From NCBI GenBank assembly GCA_012295275.1, contig CM022668.1, positions 7,192,001 through 7,256,000 of the forward strand: a DNA stretch of 64,000 bases, read 5' to 3'. The translations under genes were made by a program, and so were the position numbers. Under the pieces are notes generated by a model. It did no database searches and was not told where the DNA came from. It saw only the letters and a list, made by a program, of their open reading frames with translations. The DNA is from Chrysomallon squamiferum. Lineage: Eukaryota > Animalia > Mollusca. Each line of letters starts with the position of its first letter. Within the stretch, counting starts at the first letter, position 1. Below, one piece after another: positions 46,969 to 58,784 of the stretch.

Positions 46969-47000
<32 letters not shown>

Positions 47001-47637
47001 TCACCTTTATTGTTAGAGAAATTAACATCTGCTATGTATTGATTTCATATAAAACAGAAAATGGATCTGACATGTCGTTTGTGAGTGACTCCAAAATGTT
47101 ATTCTTTTTTTCATGTGTCTTTAGTAGTAGTAGTAGTAGTAGTAGCAACAGTAGTAATAGCAGAGGTAGTAGTAGTAGCTTTTAAATATCAGTTATTCGT
47201 ATTTATTTTATTTATTTTCTTGTGAAATACTATATGTGTGTGCGTGCATATGAATGTTTGAAAGTGTGTCCGAATATGTTTGCAAAGTTTTGTTTGCATG
47301 TGTGTGTCTGTGCGTGTTGATTGCGCGTGTTTATATGTTTATAACTTAAATACTGTCTATCAAAAATTCTTTGCAATACAATATAAAAATTTGACAGGAA
47401 ATATCAATTATTCATGTATTTCCGATGGTTTCACAAAAACAAAAAACTCAAAAACTACGACATTGATTTACAATTCGGTGGTTATTCAGTATTCGATTTA
47501 CACCGAAAATACACATACGCAATATTGATATTAGTTAATCGATAACATATAAATGAACATAAAAAATAAAAATAATAATAAAAAAAGAGAGAATGCCAGA
47601 ATTTTATACCGTAGTAGAATAATCTTGTTAAGACAAA

Positions 47638-47964
47638 ATGGCGCTCGGACGAGTTCTAATGTTCGTCTGTTTTTTTGTGATGTATGAATGCAACGTCATT
47701 CAAATTATTGGTATACGTAAAGTGTATGACGAATCAAGTTTACGTCATATGGGTGAACATTACTATCGCTGGTCAAGCGTGACAAACGATGCAGTGGATT
47801 GCTTAGCAATTTGCAGTAAACTGGAAAAGTGCTGGTCAGTGCTGTCGTGTCCGCAGAGCAGTGAGACAAGTGGTCAGATCTGTTATCCGTTTGAAAACTA
47901 CCATTACAACACTGACTTCATCCCGTACGAACCTCCCCTTACTGGGTGTGGCCTGTACTTTGTG
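47638..47964 (+). CDS. Secreted PAN/apple-like + EGF-like protein, exon 1 (signal peptide + PAN-like domain, 109 aa)
   Basis: acaaaATGG start; hydrophobic N-terminus MALGRVLMFVCFFVMYEC; C-x3-C-x5-C-x-S core (DCLAICSKLEKCWSV) with further Cys; donor GTG|gtgagt (phase 0). The ORF-track extension past 47964 is intronic microsatellite. Confidence 0.8.
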
Positions 47965-48362
47965 GTGAGTGTGGTTTTTATTACTTACAGGATACCTTCA
48001 TATATATATACATACATACATACATACAAACATACAAACATACATACATACATACATACATACATACATACAGACAGAGACAGACATACATACATACATA
48101 CATACAGACAGACAGACAGACAGGCAGGCAGGCAGACAGACAGACAGACACGCATACATACATACATACAGACAGACAGACAAACACACACACACACATA
48201 CGTACATACATACACAAACATACGCACACACATACGTACATACATACATACATACATACATACCAAAAAATAGATGAACGCCGAAATGACGAAAGACAAA
48301 GAACGGCGTGCTTCGTGGGAAGCGACGATTACCTCGGTTATTGAGAAACCTTTCTTGATGTT

Positions 48363-48444
48363 GTCTCGGTGGCCGAACGGTAAGGTCGTTTGCCTTCGGA
48401 GTACGGGCGAGTGTGTGCCACACGTTCGAGTCTCGTCAGCGGCA
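48363..48444 (+). pseudogene. tRNA-derived sequence (SINE head or tRNA pseudogene) in intron 1 of the PAN-EGF gene
   Basis: A box TGGCCGAACGG (48370-48380) and B-box-like GTTCGAGTC (48424-48432) at tRNA-like spacing; the acceptor and T stems do not pair cleanly. Confidence 0.5.
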
Positions 48445-48726
48445 TCTGACGGGTTTGTGAGATCATGATTCAACTTTGTCCTCCTGCGCCAGTATGTTCC
48501 CGAATATTGTCTATGTGCAGAGTCTAATCCAAATAACATAATACAAAAACTATTCAAATCCTAAAACACACACATAGACACACGTATAACACCCTAATAT
48601 TACGCAAACGCATATTTACATACATACAAACATACGTACAAATATAAAAAGACATATATACGAACATGTATCTAAATATATATACATAAAAACATATACA
48701 TGCGTGCATGCACATGCACAGACGCA

Positions 48727-48763
<37 letters not shown>

Positions 48764-48786
48764 CAAAATTAACGCTGCTGTTGTAG

Positions 48787-48877
48787 GAAGGACGTTGTGC
48801 CAATGGTGGCACTATTTCAAACAGAACGTGCAAGTGCACACCCGACTACTACGACGTAAAATGTCAAAAGCAACGAG
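48787..48877 (+). CDS. Secreted PAN-EGF protein, exon 2 (EGF-like module)
   Basis: Acceptor ctgttgtag|GAA, phase 0 matching exon 1; 91 nt encoding EGRCANGGTISNRTCKCTPDYYDVKCQKQR (CxNGG...CxC-x8-C, EGF-like); donor G|gtaaat (phase 1). Confidence 0.85.
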
Positions 48878-48930
48878 GTAAATACCTTTTTTTTCAAATT
48901 ATATTTTAATTTCTCCCATTTTATTATCAA

Positions 48931-48996
<66 letters not shown>

Positions 48997-49458
48997 AATA
49001 AAATTAGCAGTGGCTGTAGCAGTAGATGTAATAAACAGCGGTAGTAATAGCAGATTCAGTAATGGTAGCAGTATTACTACTACAGCTACTACTACTACTA
49101 CAACTACAACTACACATTACATGATCACAACCGGTTTTCACGTATTGTAATTATTCTCATTCTCAGATATCATGTTGATGTCAATAATCACACACCTGAC
49201 ACCTGATCACGTGTAATATTAAAACACGGTGAAAGCCGTCGAATTACCTTTAAAATGTGTTAGTGTATTATTCGTCTCGATTTTTGTTTTAACGTTGCAT
49301 TATATAATCTGTAATAAAGAGCTTATGTTACTAATTTTAATAAGACATGACATGACGTTGACGGTGAAATGCTGCAAACTTGTATACGGTGAATGATAAT
49401 ATAATTATAATACGTGTACTAATATACATGTTTACGAACGCAACGATATACAGGCGGG

Positions 49459-49562
<104 letters not shown>

Positions 49563-49646
49563 AAGAGAGAAATGTGTGTGAGAGAGAGAGAGCGAAACAG
49601 AGAAAAAGATAGTGTGTGTGTGAGAGAGAGAGACAGAGAGAGAGAG

Positions 49647-49683
<37 letters not shown>

Positions 49684-50848
49684 CGTACAGAGACACAAAA
49701 ATTGACATCGACACACAGACAAATAGATATTTAGATAGACAGACAGCTAGACAGACAGACAGACAGACAGACAGATGGATGAGTTTCATCGGTAGAAAAG
49801 TATATTATATAACTGGAAGATGGATGGATGGTTGGATAGACGGATAAATAAATAAATGGAAGAATAAACAAATAATAGAATAAACTGATGCATGAATGAA
49901 TGGATGGATAGAAAGATAGGCGAAAAGAAGGAAGGAAGGAAGGAAGAAGAGAGGTTTCTATCGAGATTTTGTTGAGTTGTCACATTTGTCGGCCCGCATA
50001 CGAGATCGACAAATCGAACAATCGATGACACTTGAAATTCGATTTATCTTAAACAAATATCTCAAATATACACCCTAACGTACAAAAAAAGAATCATCAA
50101 TAAAGTAAATACGTTAACAAATACAAAAAAACTAATATTATGCATTGTAGTAACTCGGGGTCAGTTAGAGTAGACAATCGTGAAAAACACAGACTGACAG
50201 ACGCGGAAAATTCTTACTTGAGAAAGATGAAAAGAAAATTTGATGATGATATGTAATATACTAAGAGATATGAATATACATGTTTATATGAATATATATT
50301 ATATGCATTTACTGTTACTACTGTTGCTGCTATAACAAATCATCATCATCATCATCATCATCATTATTCTTCTTCTTCTTCTTCTTGTTATTATCTTCTC
50401 TTGGTTTTAGTTTCCTTTTGATTTTATTATTGAATTATTATTATTATTATTATTATTTTATCAATATACAAATAAATTATAGTAGTAGTAGTATAATTAA
50501 CATATACAGATGATAAATTAGGTTTTCTGACGAGGTTTTCAGTTTTCTTGTTTGTCAGAACATTGTTGATTTTATTATTCTATAATTCAGTCTCATAAGA
50601 CAAAGGATACACAAAATCCTAAACTACATACACAGATACAGACAAACACATGTGCATATAATATAACACATTCACATTTTTCTTCATGCATTTTCCATAA
50701 TAAATGGAAAATAATACACATATACATGTATACATAAACACAAGAAAAACATTACTGTTCTAATAAATTAAATACACATAATACAGATATACATGCTTAC
50801 ACATTTATCTAGACTAGAAAAATATCTAGTAAATGACTTAATTACGTA

Positions 50849-51237
50849 TAGTGGCGTGCAGAGGGTGGGGCTGACGGAGTGGTGGTCTAGGGCATCCAAT
50901 CAGAGAAAAGAACTTAAAACATTTGTTTGATTTATACTGAAATGGAATAAAGGGTTTTTTGTGTGTATTTTATCTGTTTACATATTCAAAATATCTTCGT
51001 TTCTCGTAGTATTTCTCAGTACCAGGCCTCATACTTGAGATTTCGGGGCCAGTGGCGTGAAGAGGTCTGGTGATGCCCAGGGCCAAGTCCTTGATTGTTA
51101 TGCCCCAAAGACTCAAGTATAAGGCATCCACGTGAATGCCCGGAGCCACCGCCCCTTCGCCCCCTCTGCACGCCACTGTTCAGGGAACACAATCAAGGAG
51201 TTGGCCCAGGGCATCACCCGACCTCTGCGTGCCACGG
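50849..51237 (+). mobile_element. hAT-type MITE (outer copy)
   Basis: Ends TAGTGGCGTGCAGAGG...CCTCTGCGTGCCACGG (imperfect TIRs), flanked by 8-bp attacgta / gttacgta (7/8 match, TSD-like). Confidence 0.75.
51050..51178 (-). mobile_element. hAT-type MITE (inner 129-bp copy of the same family, opposite orientation)
   Basis: TIRs CAGTGGCGTGAAGAGG...CCTCTGCACGCCACTG; flanks ttcggggc / ttcaggga (6/8 match); its subterminal sequences match the outer element's ends in reverse. Confidence 0.75.
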
Positions 51238-51336
51238 GTTACGTAACTCATTAGAGGCTTTGTCGATTAATGAATCAGTAATTTAATTAGCATGTTAGTA
51301 AGTTAGTTAGCTAGCTAGTTACTTAGCTAGTTAGTC

Positions 51337-51371
<35 letters not shown>

Positions 51372-51443
51372 CAGTTAGTTAGTTCAGCTATCTGAATTAT
51401 GAGTACATACCTGTACAATAATGTACATTACAATTTATTTCAG

Positions 51444-51463
51444 CTGTAAATTCTAGAGGCTGA
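51444..51463 (+). CDS. Candidate terminal exon A of the PAN-EGF gene (AVNSRG*)
   Basis: tttatttcag|CT GTA AAT TCT AGA GGC TGA; phase 1 fits exon 2; homologous to B and C; AATAAA at 51689. Confidence 0.6.
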
Positions 51464-51629
51464 CTTCGTCATAGTTCTTCTGTTAAACACGTCATACATT
51501 CTTGAGATGATGTCATCAGACTGACTGTTGTAATACTTTCTAAAACATAATCTTGGTTTTTGTTTCTTTTTTTCTTCTTCTTCTTTCTTTTTGCTTTTAT
51601 TGTAACTGTTGTTATCGTAGGATTGTGTT

Positions 51630-51677
<48 letters not shown>

Positions 51678-52004
51678 AATGATTGCATAATAAATAAACA
51701 AACATATATAATTAAAATAAATGTAAATAGCAGTAAATAATACAAAATAAAATACTGAATTTGTAAATTTATGAGTTTCAAAAATAAATAAATAAATAAA
51801 AGAGAATTACATTATTAAAATGCTGTAAATTATGGATGCATTTTTCTTTCTTTTTTTGTAAAAATTGCTTTGTTGTTTCTGTTTTTATTATTTTGTTAGT
51901 CCGTCCCAAGTTCACACACCCAAACACACAGGAGCAAACATATGAAAATCAAACAATAACAACAACAAAGAACACCACCAAAATAATAAAATAAAAAGGA
52001 TGAA

Positions 52005-52036
<32 letters not shown>

Positions 52037-52656
52037 TATAAAAATGAAAAAGATGAAAGACAGAAAGAAAGAAAAAATAAATATTACAAGAATAAACAAA
52101 TGAATGAATGAATTAATAATAATAATAATTATTAAGTAGTAGTAGTAGTAGTAGTACCCGTAGTAGTAGTACTAGTAATAGTAGTAGCAGTAGTAATAAT
52201 AATAAAATGATTGATAATAATAAGGATATAACAATGATAACAATAACACCATAATAACAGTAGTAGAACAGTAATGATGACAGTAAAAATAATAATGATA
52301 ATAACAATAACAATAACAATAACAACAACAACAACAACAACAACAATAATAAATTTAAAAATCAATAAAAATCTATAAATAAATAAATTAATAAAATATT
52401 ATATTCTTTATTCAGTAGCTTACTTAATTTGTTAACTGGTTGCTTAGTGATTAGTTTATTTACTTACTTGTTGCTTAGTAAATTACTTAATTATAGTTGC
52501 TTAATGAATTACTCAGATATTTAGTGAATAATTTAGTTACTTAACTCGGTACTAAGCTGATGACTAGCCATTAAGTATTGTAGTTGGTTAGTTAGTTAAA
52601 CTACCTAAATATGCAAACAAACCTAAGGAATAAAAAATTCTTAAATGTACTTTCAG

Positions 52657-52676
52657 CAACATTTAATTGGAGCTGA
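52657..52676 (+). CDS. Candidate terminal exon B of the PAN-EGF gene (ATFNWS*)
   Basis: gtactttcag|CA ACA TTT AAT TGG AGC TGA; phase 1; AATAAA at 52839 followed by a T-rich tract. Confidence 0.6.
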
Positions 52677-52971
52677 CTTCGACTGTCGTAATGTCGTGAT
52701 GAATGTCACAGATTATGGTGATGACGTCATCAATGCTATACCGCTCATAGCCCTTTCTGAAACATAATGCTGTTTTTGTAAACAAAATTGGAAAAGAAAA
52801 GAAAGAAAGAAAAAAAGATAAAAAAAGAATTCCCTAATAATAAAAAATAACGTTTAAATATCATATTGTTTTTTTTTTTTTTTTTTTTAATTGTTGTTAT
52901 TATTTTGTTACTGTGTTACAAACGCACACACGCACACCTACACAGTAAAATCTGTTAAAATTTACTTTCAG

Positions 52972-52991
52972 CTACATTTCAACTTGGATGA
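52972..52991 (+). CDS. Candidate terminal exon C of the PAN-EGF gene (ATFQLG*)
   Basis: ttactttcag|CT ACA TTT CAA CTT GGA TGA; phase 1; AATAAA at 53138 followed by a T/GT-rich tract. Confidence 0.6.
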
Positions 52992-54290
52992 CTTCTATGG
53001 TAACGTCATAGTGATTGTTTGATGACGTCATCAGCTGCTAATTAAGTACTTTCTACGAGTCTTGTTTTTGTAACCCATAAAAAAGTTTAAAAAATATAAA
53101 AAGTACGTTTATTTTTCATACTGGAGAAAAAATGTAAAATAAAAATATTTAATTTCTATTTTTTTTCTATTGTTGTTGTTGTTATTATTGATATATTTTT
53201 TTTATTATTATGTTACTCTTCCACTCCCAAAACGGGAAAGAAAAGCACGCAACATGGATTAGAATGGAATGTCTGCAAAAAGAAATAATAACATTAATAA
53301 CAACAAAACATAAATAAATAAATAAATAAATAAATAAATACTTCTGAGTCAAATGAATATATATTAAAGAAATTAATTAATCGATTGAAAATAGATCGAC
53401 TTTCTAAAAATACAAATTTACAGTGAAGAAAAAAAAAAGAGTAAAGTAAGAGATAAAGAAAAAGAAATGAAAGAAAAATAACAAAAGAATGAAAGAAAAA
53501 TAACAAAAGAATGGAAGAAAAATAAGAAAACAGTGAAAGAAAACTAAGAAAAAAAAAAAATTGAAAGGAAAAGAAGAAAAAGAAGGAGAAAGAAAAGAGA
53601 GTTCAAATGAGTTCCGACAATGCATTTCAACTTAAAAACACAAAACATCCCGCAAAATGCTGACGTATGTCGAAGTCTCATAGGAAATTGTGACGTCAGC
53701 ACCTGACCGTTTCCTGCATAGAGCGCGTGGGGGAGGCGCGCGCCTGGGGAAAATGCTTTGAATTAAAGTTATCAAAACAAGAAGCTTGTAAACTTGCGCG
53801 ATCAAAACAGATCAACAAGTCTTGGCTGCAGACGCCATGTTTTTGCGATATTTTCACCCAATTATAAAGCTCCGTAAACATCAATTAGCAGAGGACATGT
53901 GCGTGGGTCAAACTGACCGCAGTATAGCCCGACATTGACCGAAATGTCCACTAATGATAACCATTGTTTATGACGATTGTTAAGTGTTTGAAACAGTAAG
54001 TGTTATACGGAGATCAAAGCCGAGCTGTTGTCTTCCTTTCTCGTATTTTCCTCCTTGTTTTTCGTGTTTTCTCTTTCTGTCTCCCTTCTTCTTCTTCTTC
54101 TTCTTCTTCTTCTTCTCATTTCTTTCTTCTTCTTTCTCTCTCACTTTTTTCTTATCTTACGATTATTCAAGACTGTAATTACAGCATTGTGAGATAAATT
54201 TTATTATCAATAATAATAATACATTAATAATAATAGTAATATGTTGTACTCTCTCTCATTAATAATGTATTAATAATAATAATAATAATG

Positions 54291-54358
<68 letters not shown>

Positions 54359-54813
54359 AAGAAGAAGAAGAACGGGAGGAGAAGAAGAAGAAGAAGAAGA
54401 AGAAAAGAAGAAACTGGAAGGAATAAATAGCTTATTGTGTAAACACGTTTTGACTGGTGATGCTCAAAACAAGCAAACAGCAACATAAACAAACATGCGT
54501 TTCACTAATTATTTACTTCACATTATTTGCAAACAATATTGTTTTCACGATAAATATTATTCGTAACGATTCTCTTGTTGATAGATCTTATAACATGGAA
54601 ATCGTTTAAAAATATGTTGTGAACATCAGTGATGACTAAAACAGAATAAATAATTTAAAACACCTAGTTTTTAACGATTCTCTTTTTATCTTTTTGTCGT
54701 TTAAAATCAATGTGTGAACAGATATTTAAAACTAAATAATTTTATTTTAATATTAATTATTATTTAAATTTTGATTTTGTATAAAACTGAAAATTAAAAA
54801 CATTGAAAAACAA

Positions 54814-54853
<40 letters not shown>

Positions 54854-55499
54854 ACAAATAAGTAAATAAATAAAATAATATACATAATATAAAATTAAAA
54901 AGTAAATAAATAACATAGAAAAAAAAAAAAAAACGAACAAACCAACAGACAGACACAAACAAACAAAATAAATAAATAAAATTATGATAGGTTTACATGT
55001 GACGTTTATCACGGAATATTACGGAAATATCCGATACGTTTCTGTCAGACACAGTGAATCGAGTGATCGTGTTAGCAGTTAATGAAATGTTTTATTTCAT
55101 TTCAATCGATTTAAAAAAAAATTAAATTAAATTAAAAATTAAAAAATGAATTACCTTTCCTTCTGTATTCATAATTAAAATACTTTACGCTTATAAAACA
55201 TAAAATTTTTCTTTACTCAATTTACTGTTGGGTTATTTTTCTTTCTTTTTTGTATATGATTATTTTTATTATTGTTGATGTTATTATTAGAAATTATTCC
55301 TTCATTTATCTAATGTTTTTATTTTATATATATATATATATATATATTCTGTTTTTAAACAGAAAAAGATATCTGGGATTAGAAATATAAAAATGTCAGT
55401 GACAGCCAGCTAACAAATTATTATTCACTCATTATTTATTTTGCATTAGCTGTTTGCAAAAAAATAACATAATGTTAATAAAACCCTCTTATTTTGGAG

Positions 55500-56335
55500 C
55501 AAGTCTACCATTAGTGACCTGACCTAATTTAATGACCTAGCCACATTGCACGCCCTCCCACGCTTTTTCACCCCCTATTCGAAATTGTTGACCTGTTTGT
55601 ACAGTGTTTTCATGTAAAATATGGCATCATTTCTAAGCCTTCTACAAAACAAATGTGTGTTTTTTCTTACAACGGAATAACAAATGCAAACACGGAGAGA
55701 ATTAAGTAACGTCAACTTTCGCTTGCCAGCTAGCTCATAAGTTAACAGGCCCCGACTGACGTCACCTTATGCGTATTACGCAAATGCATCGCTTAGCTAC
55801 TAGATTGATCCAATTAATTGGGAGTCTGAATATGTCAAGTTAGGTCAGTTTTGATAGCAATATATGCCATTTCTCGCTTGTTTTGTTTTATAGTATGATT
55901 TTGAACACGTTTGCACAAGAGCGCTGTCTTTGATCTCTTTTGTACGATCTTGCGGCTGACTGGCTCCGTGAGTGACTGTCTGCCAATAATCCAAGATGGA
56001 CGGAGGTGCGTGGGAGGGGGGCGAAATTTAAAACGGAGAAAAATATGTGTCAAAGTCATGAAAGTTTGTAAACAAATGCGCTCAGTCTTTGTGAAGATGA
56101 TTCTAGCAAAAGAGTAACAATTCGCTAGTGAATGATTCGCGATGACAACAGAAATATCAACAGTAAGACGTAAGAGTTATTTGCGATGCTGCAAGTGCAG
56201 TTTTCATTTTTGCTTGTGGGAATGAGGAGTGTGAACTGACGCTAACAATCGTCTTTTAATCATTTGTTTACCGTTGACATCACACAGAATCTCAACACTA
56301 AGTCAGTGGAAGAAAATACGAAATAGTCGGTGAGT
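55500..56335 (+). promoter_or_regulatory. Probable promoter / non-coding first exon of a third gene (donor CG|gtgagt at 56329/56330)
   Basis: Complex, relatively CpG-rich ~1 kb with a CRE (55757), a GC-box-like gggaggggggcg (~56012) and a consensus donor, followed by abrupt CpG depletion downstream. No coding homology recognised. Confidence 0.45.
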
Positions 56336-57334
56336 ACCTACGCATGATTTGTTGCATGAATTTTGCCCCCTGTTCACCCCCCGACTTCTGTTTCTAGCAT
56401 TCCTCAAAACCGCACTCCAATCAGCTGATATTTGCTGTGCACTAGCGCGGCATACAGCCAGGTCAGGCGATTCCCGAAGTCGAAAGGACATGCTCCATCC
56501 ATAATGCATTCCAATTAATAATTATATTTGCATGAGTGTAAATATTACAACGAAAACAGAGCACACGCTAATACTGAAAGTAATACTAACAGTAATGATA
56601 CACTTGAACTGTCGTTTTTATTTGTGTTCTCAACTCCACAGACGTATCGTTGTTCTTTTTTTTTTTTTTAGTTTTACCCCAGTTAAAAGTATTAATATAT
56701 CATTACTTTTAACATTATTAATTTATTATTATTATTTGTTTATATTGTTATGTTATATCAAATGTGTCAAATAACATGTATATATATTTAATTATATATT
56801 TTAATTATTATATACATGTTTTGTTAAATATACACAAGCATATATAAATAGTACTATGCACAGACACATGCACAAATATGCACCCTAAACATTCATATTT
56901 ACATAAATAACAAACAGATATACAAAAATCAACTTCTATGCCGTGATGCAAGTATTCACAAAGTAGTAGCACACAACACATTAATACACAATCATATATA
57001 AACACACAGACACAAACACAAATTCACATATTTTTAGGACTGATATGCACCAAAACATAAATATTCACACATGTAAAGATATAGATAAAATATTCATGTA
57101 TGTATACATCTGTACAAACAAACATATACAAATGTTTTCTTAAACTTATATACAGATTACTACTCCATTCCAAAAACTATCCTAAAACAATTTCAATTTC
57201 TTCTTTCTTTCTTGATCCGAAAGTCAAAAACAATAATAACTCTTTTACTGATTTAAATCAGTCTACTTTTTTCAAGCCTGAAGGTAAATAAAACTGAAGT
57301 TGTTATAATTAATTCTGCTGTGAGTCCACAATCT

Positions 57335-57975
57335 GGGGGGTGACAGGTTCAGTTCTTCTCCTTCAAACCCTGTTAACCCATTCTGTAAGTTATTTCTCAC
57401 TAGAAATATAAAAAAAAAAATATATGACATTATTGGTTGTTTATGACTAGGATATGAAAAGGAATAGGAATGACATATTACTGGGTCTGTTTTCCTTTCT
57501 GGAATATAATGAACTGTTAACTCATTCTATAAGTTGTTTATGACAAGGAACTAACAAAAAAATAATAGTGTATGACATTATCAGTTCAATACTGCTTGCA
57601 GGAATTTACTGGCAGTTAACCATTTTAGACGTTTTTTTAAGATTAGGATATGAGAAGAAATAGTGTATGACACAGGTTCATTTTGTCTTGCTGGAACACA
57701 ATAGTTTGTTAACTCATTCCAAAAGTTATTAAATTATTTATGACGAGAACATTAAAAAAGAGAAAAGTGTGTGACATAATTATAGACTGAGTTTTCTTTG
57801 CTAGAATACACTAGGTTATTACCTAGTTTCAGTACTTACTTATGACTAGGATATCAGAAGGTACTTCAGCATGTGACATCACAGTTTCAGTTCTCCTTGT
57901 TGGTAAACAGCAGTCTGTTACCTGTTCTAGTAGCTGCTAATTACAAGGATAAAACAAATAACTGCGTATGATGTA
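57335..57975. repeat. Old degenerate ~100-bp tandem repeat
   Basis: Recurrent tgtatgaca...gttaacNcattct...agttNtttatgactaggata blocks, ~6 copies. Confidence 0.6.
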
Positions 57976-58749
57976 TTATAATCTCATAAAACAACATGTG
58001 TGTTCATAAAAGTGTTTGCAAGTTTCTTATTTAAGAAGTACCAGATGCACTGAACAGCATGCCATTATAAGATTTTTCAGAAAAAAGGTACATTTCACTT
58101 ACAATGCCACCCACGCTTACGAAATGTTCCCCAGAATTTTTCTGCTTATGCAGATGGAGTGCATAAATTGAATAAGATCAAAGTGTTAAGGATATCTGTT
58201 TTTATCTTGAAAAAAGTCTGCTTCACACAGACTGGCACCTGGCTCAGTATGGGTGGTGTTATGAGGGAGGGAAAATGAAAATTGTTTTATGGAAATTATA
58301 TATTTGATACTTACTACAATTATGTTGAGGTTTTATTGAGCAGAAACCAAGCAAGTAATTTCTGTGAAAATATCGCACAGATGCACTTAAAAAACACCCT
58401 GGTGAAACAATAACTTTGAAATTTACAAACACTGTTTGTAAAGTTTTATATATATAATGATCATTTCATTTTACGCTTAATAAGAAATGATGACTAGACA
58501 ACCAGGCAAAAATATTTCTTTAATTTGGTTTAACTAGATATATGATATATGTAACACTTTTGCTTACATACAGTTACATATAATTAATTATACAACTGAT
58601 TAAAACATTTTTTTTTTCATTCCATATGTTAATAAAATAAAATGTCTTAAGTGTATGTATAATATGTATGACTTTCACTTACATAAAATTACAAATATGG
58701 TGTAATGGTTCATTTGTTTTAAATGTGGCAATGTATAAAGCATTAAGTA

Positions 58750-58784
<35 letters not shown>

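Noticed and set aside
48274-48468. 64-aa complex ORF inside intron 1 of the PAN-EGF gene
   Set aside because: Overlaps the tRNA-derived segment, lacks fitting splice sites, and exons 1 and 2 already join in frame without it.
49151-49216. Acceptor-like ttctcattctcag followed by a short phase-1 frame (DIMLMSIITHLTPDHV*)
   Set aside because: No homology to the three cassettes and no independent support; it cannot be excluded as a further alternative end.
52657-52767. 36-codon open phase-0 frame in block B (QHLIGADFDCRN...)
   Set aside because: Does not match the phase-1 donor at 48877, and the equivalent frame stops immediately in block A.
51461-53003. Selenocysteine or stop readthrough at the conserved TGA-CTT of the three terminal exons
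   Set aside because: In-frame stops follow after 13, 4 and 3 codons with no conserved extension, and no SECIS was recognised.
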